IMG/VR virus record: IMGVR_UViG_3300023179_000041
Coordinates: 1-64,000 of that record
Source of the DNA: a virus
Reading direction: 5' to 3' (one strand)
DNA: 64,000 bases
Position 1 is the stretch's first letter; each line of letters starts with the position of its first letter. Below the pieces are notes generated by a model. That model was not told the DNA's origin and did no database searches. It saw only the letters and a program-made list of their open reading frames with translations. The translations under genes and the position numbers were made by a program. Positions 7,006 through 15,767 of this stretch are shown here, in pieces.

Positions 7006-7255
7006 GGAAACCATAGAACAAATTCCACTGCGTGACCGCATTACGTGGCCCTACTCTCCGACAGAAGAGAAGTACCCGTATGACGAATGGTTTGACGGGT
7101 CGATTTGGAAACTCAAGATGTATGAAGATTTTTTTGTGCATCCCAATTCGATGCGCTCTGCTTTATATATGGCGGCGCGGCGCAAGGGCAAGACAATCAA
7201 GACACATTGCCCAACAACTGGTGAATATGTTTATGTTCAGGCGGTGAAGAAATGA
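6992..7255 (+). CDS. Hypothetical protein
   Basis: KYPYDEWFDG motif, overlapping operon. Confidence 0.6.
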   Translation: MQHSEETIEQIPLRDRITWPYSPTEEKYPYDEWFDGSIWKLKMYEDFFVHPNSMRSALYMAARRKGKTIKTHCPTTGEYVYVQAVKK

Positions 7256-7515
7256 TGGGTGACATCGTTGAGCGACTGCGCTATCAGCGGACCAATAGCG
7301 TGATTTGCAACGAGGCCGCTACTGAAATTGAGCGGCTGCGAGAACAAGTTCGTCACGCCCATGCAATCCTGTCGAGCGAGGCATCATTCTGGCTTGTGGC
7401 TGGGGCAAACCATGAAGAATCATGGCGGGAAAATCTTGATGGCGCCATTGCGTCATACTGGGAAAAGTACGGAAGTTTTTTTAGGCCCAAAACAGTGGGT
7501 GCAAATCATGACTGA
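7252..7515 (+). CDS. Hypothetical protein
   Basis: DIVERLR...EAATEIERLR motif common in phage small proteins. Confidence 0.6.
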   Translation: MMGDIVERLRYQRTNSVICNEAATEIERLREQVRHAHAILSSEASFWLVAGANHEESWRENLDGAIASYWEKYGSFFRPKTVGANHD

Positions 7516-8104
7516 GAAAAAGGCATCTGACTATCAAAAGGAAATTGAGACTGCCGATATCCGCCTGACTTTGATTGCGCGAAAAGGCCCAACGATTATC
7601 GAACTGATGAAAGGTGGGATGACGCCGACTCGTGCTGCGGAAGTTGCCGAGGTGTCAAGAGAAACCGTTCGCACGTGGCTAAAGCGCGGGATGATGGAAC
7701 AGCAGAGGATTGAGCAAGGTCTTGACCCGGAACCATCGGAAAAGGTTTACATGGACTTTGCCATGGGGGCACTTAAAGCAGAATCAGAAGCACAAGCGGG
7801 TCTTGTTCTTGCATGGTACAAAGAAGGACGCGCTGGCGATTGGAAAGCGGCAAAAGAATTTCTTGCTGCACGGTGGCGTCAAGAGTGGGGCGCAGACAAC
7901 ACAGTCAAACTTGAAGTATCACCCCTTGGTATCAACGCTCAATCAGTACCACAAAAAATGGACATTGAAGAAGACGATGCACGAAAGCGCGCGGTCCTTG
8001 CGGCTCTTGTTGAAGCAGGAGATTTGCCATCGTCGGTGCTTGGTGCGTGGGACAAAAATGACGTTATTGACGCAGAGGTGGTGGAGAATGAAGCGCAGGA
8101 CTGA
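7508..8104 (+). CDS. Putative terminase small subunit
   Basis: HTH (AAEVAEVSRETVRTWLKRG), DWKAAKEFL, position just upstream of TerL. Confidence 0.7.
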   Translation: MTEKKASDYQKEIETADIRLTLIARKGPTIIELMKGGMTPTRAAEVAEVSRETVRTWLKRGMMEQQRIEQGLDPEPSEKVYMDFAMGALKAESEAQAGLVLAWYKEGRAGDWKAAKEFLAARWRQEWGADNTVKLEVSPLGINAQSVPQKMDIEEDDARKRAVLAALVEAGDLPSSVLGAWDKNDVIDAEVVENEAQD

Positions 8105-8185
8105 ATTGGTCCCTGTCGGCAAACGCTGTCCATGCACACCATTTCCATGTGACCCGTTTTGCGAAGGTAGAGACGAGGATGATGA

Positions 8186-9508
8186 ATGATTCGCGACCAA
8201 CTTGCATCACTGACACAGTACAAGATTCCGTGCGGCCTACAACTTCCCCACAACATGCACCCCAAGCAGGCGGCTTATCTTACGTGGTCAACAACCAGGG
8301 AAGCACTGTATGGTGGTGCAGCCGGTGGAGGTAAGTCAGATGCCCTACTCATGTCCGCACTCCAATACGTATGCGTGCCTGGATACTCTGCACTGCTCTT
8401 GCGTCAGACGTATCCGCAACTTGCGGGGCCAGATGGATTCATTGACCGATGCAACGCATGGCTTTCAGGAACCGATGCAAACTACGTTGGGACAAACAAA
8501 AGATGGACCTTTCCATCCGGTGCAACCCTTTCATTTGACCACTGCGAGCGGGACGACGACAGATACAAGTTCCAGTCATTCGCCTATCACTTTGTTGGAG
8601 TAGACGAATTAACGCAGTGGAAGACTGACCGCGTCTATAGGTATGTCGGGTTCTCGCGAGTACGTAAACCATCTGTCGCAGCGAATCTTCCCGCATGTCC
8701 GATTTGCGGAATGACTGCTGCAGATATCCCGCTTCGTACACGAGCAGCCACAAACCCTGGAGGCCCAGGAAACAACTGGGTGTACGAACGATTCATCTTG
8801 AACCGTGACACAGATAGAAAGTTCATGCCCGCCAAGATTTCGGACAACCCCTCTCTTGATGCTGCAACTTATGTTAAGTCACTTGATGAACTTGACGCAA
8901 TTGAACGAGCCCGACTGCTCGACGGAAACTGGGAAGTTCGTGAAGAGGGCGGAATGTTCAAGAAGGAATGGTTCAACATCACCGGAATATTCCCAGACGA
9001 CATGCAAAAGGTCAGGTACTGGGACTTGGCCGCAACTGCCCCTCGCCACGGAACGGACCCAGACTGGACAGTTGGTGCTTTGGTTGGGTTCAAGGAAGGG
9101 AAGTATTTCATCCTTGATATCCGCCGCATGAGGGGCACCCCGTACGATGTTGAGAAGTTGATTCGCGCTACCGCCGAGCAGGACGGAGTCGGGACCAGAA
9201 TCGTGATGGAACAGGAACCTGGCTCATCTGGCGTGAACGTGATTGACCACTATTCAAGGTTGGTGGTCCCAGGCTTTAATTTCAAAGGTCAAAAATCAAG
9301 CACATCCAAAAAGGACCGCGCTGGGGTTTTCTCTGCCGCCTCCGAATCAGGCAACGTCTCGATGGCTCGCGGGGCGTGGAATGCCGCCTTCCTTGATGAG
9401 TGCGAAGTCTTCCCATACGGCGCACATGATGACCAAGTCGACGCAATCTCTGGCGCTATCCAAGCCCTCACTAATAGGAAGATGAAGCAAGTCAGAATCA
9501 TCGTATGA
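8186..9508 (+). CDS. terL: Terminase large subunit
   Basis: Walker A GGAAGGGKS, Walker B GVDE, ATNPGG, YWDLA, HDDQVDA. Confidence 0.95.
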   Translation: MIRDQLASLTQYKIPCGLQLPHNMHPKQAAYLTWSTTREALYGGAAGGGKSDALLMSALQYVCVPGYSALLLRQTYPQLAGPDGFIDRCNAWLSGTDANYVGTNKRWTFPSGATLSFDHCERDDDRYKFQSFAYHFVGVDELTQWKTDRVYRYVGFSRVRKPSVAANLPACPICGMTAADIPLRTRAATNPGGPGNNWVYERFILNRDTDRKFMPAKISDNPSLDAATYVKSLDELDAIERARLLDGNWEVREEGGMFKKEWFNITGIFPDDMQKVRYWDLAATAPRHGTDPDWTVGALVGFKEGKYFILDIRRMRGTPYDVEKLIRATAEQDGVGTRIVMEQEPGSSGVNVIDHYSRLVVPGFNFKGQKSSTSKKDRAGVFSAASESGNVSMARGAWNAAFLDECEVFPYGAHDDQVDAISGAIQALTNRKMKQVRIIV

Positions 9509-9957
9509 AAAAGTTTTCTCACAAGGGATATTGCGAAGGAAGAGAAGAGAATTGTGGATACAAAAAGTGTGGGGTGTTTGGTAATTTATATTTAGTTGAA
9601 GGGCAGACAGATGCCCGTGCAAGGCTAAAACAGTGCAAAGATAAGCCAAATGTTAAGTCGACTCGACTCAACTTTACTTCTAATAAAACCAAAAACAATA
9701 TGCCCAAAAGGCAAGAGGTGAGGCAAATAGTCCTTGCGCGTGACATGGGGTTGTGTAAAGCGAAGTTCTTGGTAGAGTTAATCCAATGTTCAGGACCACT
9801 GGACATTGATGAAGTAATCCCTAGGGGTCGAGGAGGCAACTACTTAGACCCGGATAACTGCCAGGTGTTGTGCCGAGCGCACCACCGGTGGAAGCATGAC
9901 AACCCCGCTGAGGCCGAAAGGTTAGGACTGACCAAGTCTCTCCCGCCAAGCGGCTAA
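9505..9957 (+). CDS. HNH endonuclease
   Basis: RD..LC...IDEVIPRGRGG...NCQVLCRAHH. Confidence 0.8.
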   Translation: MKKFSHKGYCEGREENCGYKKCGVFGNLYLVEGQTDARARLKQCKDKPNVKSTRLNFTSNKTKNNMPKRQEVRQIVLARDMGLCKAKFLVELIQCSGPLDIDEVIPRGRGGNYLDPDNCQVLCRAHHRWKHDNPAEAERLGLTKSLPPSG

Positions 9958-9960
9958 CGA

Positions 9961-10716
9961 TTGGAGACACTTGTGTTAAGCAAAGAAGTAGTAATCGGCT
10001 TTACCCTATGGCTGGCTACGGTCATAGGGGTAGGTATTGGCAACGGCGGAATCACAGAAAACAAGCCCCCAGAGCGGGCACATTCAAGAATTTCAGCAGC
10101 AAGCCAAGAAATCCGAAAGACAGAACCCAAACCAAATGCGGCGCCCAAGCCAAACGCAATCCTTTTGGAAACCTTCGTTTTCAACCAGAGAGACGAAAAG
10201 GTCACCCAACTCCAGAACCTCCTAGGCGTGAAGGCTGACGGGCACTACGGCAAGGTCACCAGGGCAGCGCACCTGGCAGCCCTTGAGTCTCAGGGTCTGG
10301 AAACAGCCTTCGTTCCCGCCCTGCCTAATCCACTTATCGATAACGGTGGGAGGAAATACAACATCTCGCCAGACCCAACCCACCGATGCCCCCAGTTTGA
10401 GCCCTTGTTTGCCCAGCACGGACTGGAGCCAGTCGAGGTCTTTTCGTATATCGCCTATCGAGAATCACGCTGCAACCCAGGTTCGGTAAATGCCAAATGG
10501 GACTCCAAGGGAAACATCATCTGGACCCTCAATGAAGACGGTTCAGTTGACCGAGGTCTTTTACAGGTGAACTCCTGCTGGAAGACAGTGACCAAGAACG
10601 TCTGCGGAACTGGGTTGGAGGGTTTGTTCGACGTCCACTGCAATATAAAAGTTGCCAAGTACATCATGGACAATTCGTCTGGCGGTCTGGCAAACTGGAG
10701 TATATGGAAAAACTAA
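9961..10716 (+). CDS. Secreted/anchored lytic transglycosylase-like protein with PG-binding motif
   Basis: N-terminal TM; LQNLLGVKADGHYG; RESRC and DRGLLQVN lysozyme-like motifs. Confidence 0.8.
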   Translation: METLVLSKEVVIGFTLWLATVIGVGIGNGGITENKPPERAHSRISAASQEIRKTEPKPNAAPKPNAILLETFVFNQRDEKVTQLQNLLGVKADGHYGKVTRAAHLAALESQGLETAFVPALPNPLIDNGGRKYNISPDPTHRCPQFEPLFAQHGLEPVEVFSYIAYRESRCNPGSVNAKWDSKGNIIWTLNEDGSVDRGLLQVNSCWKTVTKNVCGTGLEGLFDVHCNIKVAKYIMDNSSGGLANWSIWKN

Positions 10717-10964
10717 AAAGTAAAAGCCCCTACATTTTTATCGCCATGGCATCAATCTCGTTCATTATTTTTTACCTCAGGAAGAGAATTAGACTTCGCG
10801 TAATGTCTGATGAGCGTAAAGCAAAAATGATTCAAGATGTCATTAACGAAGTGCGCCAAGAGCAAAAAAACAAAGATTTAATATCAGAAATGATAAAGCA
10901 AGGCAGAGACGAGCGAACAAGCCAGATAATGGCGTTTAGCAAGTACGGGCATAAGCATAAATAA
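10704..10964 (+). CDS. Small membrane-anchored hypothetical protein
   Basis: N-terminal hydrophobic helix. Confidence 0.5.
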   Translation: MEKLKSKSPYIFIAMASISFIIFYLRKRIRLRVMSDERKAKMIQDVINEVRQEQKNKDLISEMIKQGRDERTSQIMAFSKYGHKHK

Positions 10965-10972
10965 ATTGTTGA

Positions 10973-11048
10973 GCCCTCGTATCGGCTCACTCTTATAAGG
11001 TGTAGAAACCGTAGCGGTAACACGGTGGTTCAATTCCACCCGAGGGCA
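10973..11048 (+). tRNA. Atypical D-armless tRNA-like RNA, anticodon UAU (Ile)
   Basis: Acceptor GCCCTCG/CGAGGGC-A; T arm GGTGG-TTCAATT-CCACC; CACT-CTTATAA-GGTG; long variable hairpin; only 8 nt in place of the D arm. Confidence 0.6.
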
Positions 11049-11068
11049 CTCGTGGCAGACTGTGTGTC

Positions 11069-11731
11069 ATGCCAGAACTAAACGCGAACATACCGGCGAT
11101 TGAATGTTTTGTCCGCGGAAATTTTTTGCGCGACCAACAAGATAGCCACGACAAAGTTTTCCCGTGCTACATCTTTGGCGTCGCGTCGATTCCAGAGCGT
11201 GTCCCAATGTTTCACTTCCTTATGGAAGACGGCGGAATTTGGTGGCGCATGCCTATTCACGCTTTTTGCTGGAAGCAAGATGCCGAACCAATGGACCTGC
11301 ACGACCAAGTCCTTTGGAATTCATTCTCTCCGTACATAACCGTTACCACGTTCCACAGCCTGCGTGAAATGCGCATGGAGTATTCAGACCGCCACAAGCG
11401 CAAACATCAAGGAACGTACATGATGACTTTTGACTGGCATTGGCCGGAAGCGAATTCGACCAATGTCGGATGGTCAGAAAATCCTGGCCAGCATAAGTGC
11501 GGTCACCTCATCAAACTCGATAACGGCAATTTCGCCATCCAGCCAAACAACAGGGTGATTCTGAAAGACCCGTCGTTCACAACGAAACTTGGAAGCCCAG
11601 TAATTGAGCGAATCCTCAATCATCATCACTTTGGAGTAGAGGATGCGGATAGGTGGGTGACCGAAGATTCTGAAAACTATTTCTATTCGATTTCGTCAAA
11701 CCAGAATGACCGCAATGAAAAGGCTAACTAG
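11069..11731 (+). CDS. Conserved phage hypothetical protein
   Basis: Long ORF, LNANIP...HKCGH...QPNNR. Confidence 0.75.
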   Translation: MPELNANIPAIECFVRGNFLRDQQDSHDKVFPCYIFGVASIPERVPMFHFLMEDGGIWWRMPIHAFCWKQDAEPMDLHDQVLWNSFSPYITVTTFHSLREMRMEYSDRHKRKHQGTYMMTFDWHWPEANSTNVGWSENPGQHKCGHLIKLDNGNFAIQPNNRVILKDPSFTTKLGSPVIERILNHHHFGVEDADRWVTEDSENYFYSISSNQNDRNEKAN

Positions 11732-11915
11732 AAACCTGCTTCTCGCCACTCTGGGTGTTTTTGCCCTCTCTGCGTGTGGCTATCAAGGAAGTTATCGTTA
11801 CTCCTGCCAAGACCCCGAGAACTGGGAGAATGAAAAATGCAATCCACCGATGTGCGAGGTCAACGGAGATTGTTGGAAAGACTTGGTTGGTTTCGAAGAG
11901 GAGGAAAACGGATGA
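11715..11915 (+). CDS. Small Cys-containing lipoprotein
   Basis: Signal peptide with lipobox LSAC; four further Cys. Confidence 0.7.
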   Translation: MKRLTRNLLLATLGVFALSACGYQGSYRYSCQDPENWENEKCNPPMCEVNGDCWKDLVGFEEEENG

Positions 11916-12190
11916 AGCAGCGATACACGCCAGAAGAACTCGATGCTCGGCTCAAGTTTGTTGTGGGGTGCATCCTTGGTGGAGTTTTGACAATCACAAC
12001 CATTGGTGTTCTTTATGCCCTTGTGTTTGTTGCGCAGCCAATCGGGGCGCAGGCGGAAAACGACAAAATGTTCTTTGGCGTCCTTTCCTCTGTCGCTACA
12101 TTCATAACCGGGACATTGGCCGGTCTGATGATTTCAACTGGTCGCAACAAAGAACAAGCACCTTCTCAAGAAGTGGATACACAGGAATGA
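11912..12190 (+). CDS. Two-TM membrane protein
   Basis: Two hydrophobic helices; ATGA overlap with the lipoprotein gene. Confidence 0.7.
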   Translation: MKQRYTPEELDARLKFVVGCILGGVLTITTIGVLYALVFVAQPIGAQAENDKMFFGVLSSVATFITGTLAGLMISTGRNKEQAPSQEVDTQE

Positions 12191-12303
12191 TGACGTCACT
12201 CCTCGCCCTTTTGGTTGGCGTTGTTGCGGGGATAGTAATTAGCAAGCGATTCAACCATTGCGCATGTTGCGAATGCGACTGCGAAAATTGTGAAAGGGAT
12301 TAA
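12187..12303 (+). CDS. Small membrane peptide with Cys-rich tail
   Basis: MMTSLLALLVGVVAGIVISKRFNHCACCECDCENCERD; ATGA coupling. Confidence 0.5.
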   Translation: MMTSLLALLVGVVAGIVISKRFNHCACCECDCENCERD

Positions 12304-12305
12304 TA

Positions 12306-12593
12306 ATGCTTGCAGCAACTGTTGAAGAATTCCTAAACATGGAGTTGGGAATCGGTCTTATTCTGATTGGATATGCATTTGTTGGCGCTTGGGCCTACAA
12401 GCAAAACAAACAAGACCACGCCTCGCTTGGCGCAAAAGTTGACAAAAATACAGATGAACTTAAAGAACTGATTAAAGCCCTCAGTGCAAAGATTGATGAA
12501 GTTCGTCAGGCAATTACTGACCACGAAACAATTTGGCACTCGCCGATAGGGGGGAAGCCACCCAAAAAGCAAAGAGCCGCAAGAAAAAAATAG
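12306..12593 (+). CDS. Single-TM coiled-coil protein
   Basis: TM followed by heptads. Confidence 0.6.
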   Translation: MLAATVEEFLNMELGIGLILIGYAFVGAWAYKQNKQDHASLGAKVDKNTDELKELIKALSAKIDEVRQAITDHETIWHSPIGGKPPKKQRAARKK

Positions 12594-12642
12594 AATAATT
12601 AATCTCGGCAAAGCAATTTAAATTAGTGTTAGGATTTCAGTC

Positions 12643-13425
12643 ATGGACCTTCAAAAACAATACGAAAGCCTTACAGTTAAAGAGCCGATTCCAAGCACCG
12701 CCGACTGGAACGAGTCTGGTTTTGTTGTTAAGAAAAAACTGATGCCGGAAGATTTGATGGTCACATACGAAGATTGTTGGCTTAGGGAAAACGCAGACAG
12801 GCCAAAAGGTTGGCCATATTGCACACCATATAGAGAACATCAAGAAATATTAGAAATTCTTTCCTATAAGGGCATTCACGAAACCATCGAAGAACTTATT
12901 GGGGAACCAGGAGGAGTTCACCTAAATCTCACAGGATGGATTTCAACCACACGAAATTGGCATCAAGACACATATTTAAACCCCCCAGGCGTTGGAGATT
13001 ACTACTGCGCCATTTGGATTGCTCTTGATGACATACACCCAGATTCCGGCCCATTTCAGTTTGTACCAGGTTCCCATATGTGGAGAACAGCAACACGAGA
13101 AAAAATTCTTGCCAAACTCCCAGCGGAAAAACAAAATCACACGTGGCCCAAACATAGCGAAGAACTATTAACAGATGTTTTCGAGCATCAAATACAAATT
13201 CGTCAAGCAGAGGTTGTTACGTACTTGCCAGAGAGGGGAGACGTTCTTTTTTGGCACGGAAGGCTGCTTCATCGCGGCTCTATTCCTAACAATGAATCTT
13301 TAACACGGAAAACGCTTATCGCTCATTATTCTGGAATAAATCACAGAAAAGATATGCCAGCGGCACAAAAATACAAAGACGGTTGGTTTTTCCCAATAGA
13401 CGATTACAGTTCGGGAATGCGATGA
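12643..13425 (+). CDS. PhyH-family 2OG-Fe(II) dioxygenase
   Basis: WHQD, IWIALDD, GPFQFVPGSH, GDVLFWHGRLLHRG. Confidence 0.88.
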   Translation: MDLQKQYESLTVKEPIPSTADWNESGFVVKKKLMPEDLMVTYEDCWLRENADRPKGWPYCTPYREHQEILEILSYKGIHETIEELIGEPGGVHLNLTGWISTTRNWHQDTYLNPPGVGDYYCAIWIALDDIHPDSGPFQFVPGSHMWRTATREKILAKLPAEKQNHTWPKHSEELLTDVFEHQIQIRQAEVVTYLPERGDVLFWHGRLLHRGSIPNNESLTRKTLIAHYSGINHRKDMPAAQKYKDGWFFPIDDYSSGMR

Positions 13426-14000
13426 AATTGCTAAACGCGGGATGTGGAACCCACTACGCATCTGGTTGGGTAAATACAGACGTGTGGAATGATGGACAAA
13501 CGACAAAACCCGATGTTCAAGTAGAAACAGGAAAACCATACCCGTTTGAAGAAAATACTTTTGATGCTGTTTATCTTGGTCATGTTCTTGAACACATTCC
13601 ATGGCCAAAAGTCTTTGAATTTCTTCAGGATATGAAAAGAATTTCTAAGCCAGATGCAAAATTTTTGGTTTGTGGGCCAGACGTTTTTAAAACAATCAAA
13701 CGATGGGCAACTGGCGCTGAGCCTTGGTGGATGATTGAGTCGACAATGGAGCATCAAGACATTAATTCTCAGCCAGAAAGAGAACACTTGTGGTGGGACG
13801 GGGCACATCACCATTGGAACTGTCACCATGAACGCGTAGTGCGGTTACTTCAATTAAGTGGTTTTGCAAACATCCAAGACGTTTGTGAAAATATCCCTAA
13901 AGATGTGCATGGAAAGTCATGGCACCATGAGGGCGTTGTTTGGCCTGTGGTAGGGCACTGGCACTGGCAATTTGCTATTTTTTGCCGAAATAACAAGTAG
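13422..14000 (+). CDS. Class I SAM-dependent methyltransferase
   Basis: LNAGCG, FDAVYLGHVLEH, RISKPDA. Confidence 0.85.
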   Translation: MKLLNAGCGTHYASGWVNTDVWNDGQTTKPDVQVETGKPYPFEENTFDAVYLGHVLEHIPWPKVFEFLQDMKRISKPDAKFLVCGPDVFKTIKRWATGAEPWWMIESTMEHQDINSQPEREHLWWDGAHHHWNCHHERVVRLLQLSGFANIQDVCENIPKDVHGKSWHHEGVVWPVVGHWHWQFAIFCRNNK

Positions 14001-14059
14001 TTGTTATGGGTCGTTCTGACCCTTATAATTAAAGTAATCAAATTTAAGGAAAAAATTAC

Positions 14060-15238
14060 ATGAAACTTACTTCAATAATTGTATCTGTATTATTTGCAAC
14101 ATCAGTTAGCAGTCAACCATTACAGAACGACAACGGCTGGCGTCCAGCGTGGGGACTTGACCGGATTGACCAGCGCGAGGCAACACTCAATGACACCTAC
14201 AACTATTCGTATGACGGGACCGGAGTCAATGTGTATGTCTTTGATTCGGGAATCAACTCAACCCATGAAGAATTTGCAGGCCGTGTAGAACTTGGCTACA
14301 CAGCAATATCAGACGGTTACGGTGCAGAAGACTGTGCTGGTCACGGCTCTCATACCGCAAGTCTCATCGGTGGAAAAATCTACGGAGTTGCCAAGAATGT
14401 TCGCCTCATCTCCGTGCGCGTGCTGAATTGCAGTAACTCGAACGGGTCAAGCGCAACCCTCTATCCAGCAATTGACTGGATTGTGGAACATCATCAAGCA
14501 GGTGTTCCAGCAGTAGTGAATATGAGTGTTGGGATGTCCAAGTCCGAAGCATTCAACGAAGCAGTGCGCAAATTGATTGCAGATGGGATGATTGTTGTTG
14601 CTGCTGCTGGAAATCAGAACCGCGATGCTTGTCTTTATTCGCCAGCATCGGAAGCAAGCGCTATTTCTGTTGGAGCAATAGATAAGACCGAGTTGCGTGC
14701 TTCGTATTCAAACTATGGAACCTGCGTAGATATTTTTGCACCAGGTTCTGACCTTGTCGGCGCATGGGTCGGCCCGTCAAATACCTATCGTTCAAGCAGC
14801 GGCACTTCAAATGCCGCACCAATTGTCTCCGGCATTGTCGCAACGATGTTGCAAAAAAATCCAAATTTGACCCAAGCAGAAGTTGCTCAAGCACTAACAG
14901 CGACAGCAACTAGCGGGGCACTCTTTAATATCGGCACAGGTAGCCCAAACTTGTTGGCATATTCAGTTCTTGAAGGCGCACCGCCGCAGACCACCACTAC
15001 GACTGTCGCCCCCACCACGACTGTCGCAACCACGACAACCATTCCAGCCCCAACAACGACTGTTGCCCCCACAACAACAGTGGCTCCGGCGACGACAGTT
15101 GCTCAGCCGCAAGTTATCGACCTGCGTTGCTCTAATCCGGCAGAGCGCACACGCATTTACGGCGTGCCCTATGTGTGCGTCAACACCGGCAACTATTTGA
15201 TGTGGATTCCCCAGCGTTATTCGCCAGGGCGCCCATAG
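14060..15238 (+). CDS. Secreted S8 (proteinase K/aqualysin-like) serine protease with Thr-rich tail
   Basis: WGLDRIDQ, FDSG, GHGSHTA, AAGN, SGTSNAAP; signal peptide. Confidence 0.92.
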   Translation: MKLTSIIVSVLFATSVSSQPLQNDNGWRPAWGLDRIDQREATLNDTYNYSYDGTGVNVYVFDSGINSTHEEFAGRVELGYTAISDGYGAEDCAGHGSHTASLIGGKIYGVAKNVRLISVRVLNCSNSNGSSATLYPAIDWIVEHHQAGVPAVVNMSVGMSKSEAFNEAVRKLIADGMIVVAAAGNQNRDACLYSPASEASAISVGAIDKTELRASYSNYGTCVDIFAPGSDLVGAWVGPSNTYRSSSGTSNAAPIVSGIVATMLQKNPNLTQAEVAQALTATATSGALFNIGTGSPNLLAYSVLEGAPPQTTTTTVAPTTTVATTTTIPAPTTTVAPTTTVAPATTVAQPQVIDLRCSNPAERTRIYGVPYVCVNTGNYLMWIPQRYSPGRP

Positions 15239-15765
15239 CGATACTTGTTCTGGCGAGTCAATAGCCAATCAACTAATTCCGAAATTGGGCGTAGCAAGGA
15301 TTTATCAGCGGTAAACCATGTATCGGTAATACCCCTAACCTTGTCCTTGCTTGTGAATTTTCCCCACTTATCAGAAGTGCTTGTCGGCACCACGAGCATG
15401 TGTTTCGTAATTTGACTTACAATTATTACCGCAAGAGGCTTTGGGTTCTTTTTTTGCCATCCATTTACAGTGTCAACAAATGCAGAGTCTTTTGGGTATG
15501 AGTTTGGCGACTGGCTAAAAGAAAGACGACGAGATTTAACCTCAATAAGGCCAGGCATAGTTTCAAACGTGATGTCTTTTTCGTTAGAAAAATCATGCCG
15601 TTGCTCTATTGATTTTCTGATAACCATAGACCCACAGGCTGTATGAATTCCGCAAGATGACAAATATGCGCTTGCATACTGAGCCCATTTGTGACCAGAT
15701 TCAAGTTCTTTAATAAATAAAGAATCGTTTTGTAGCCAAGAATCCATTGATGTTTGTCTATCCAT
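15217..15765 (-). CDS. Putative PD-(D/E)XK nuclease-fold protein
   Basis: KD...IEVKSRR motif. Confidence 0.55.
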   Translation of the reverse strand: MDRQTSMDSWLQNDSLFIKELESGHKWAQYASAYLSSCGIHTACGSMVIRKSIEQRHDFSNEKDITFETMPGLIEVKSRRLSFSQSPNSYPKDSAFVDTVNGWQKKNPKPLAVIIVSQITKHMLVVPTSTSDKWGKFTSKDKVRGITDTWFTADKSLLRPISELVDWLLTRQNKYRYGRPGE

Positions 15766-15767
15766 GA

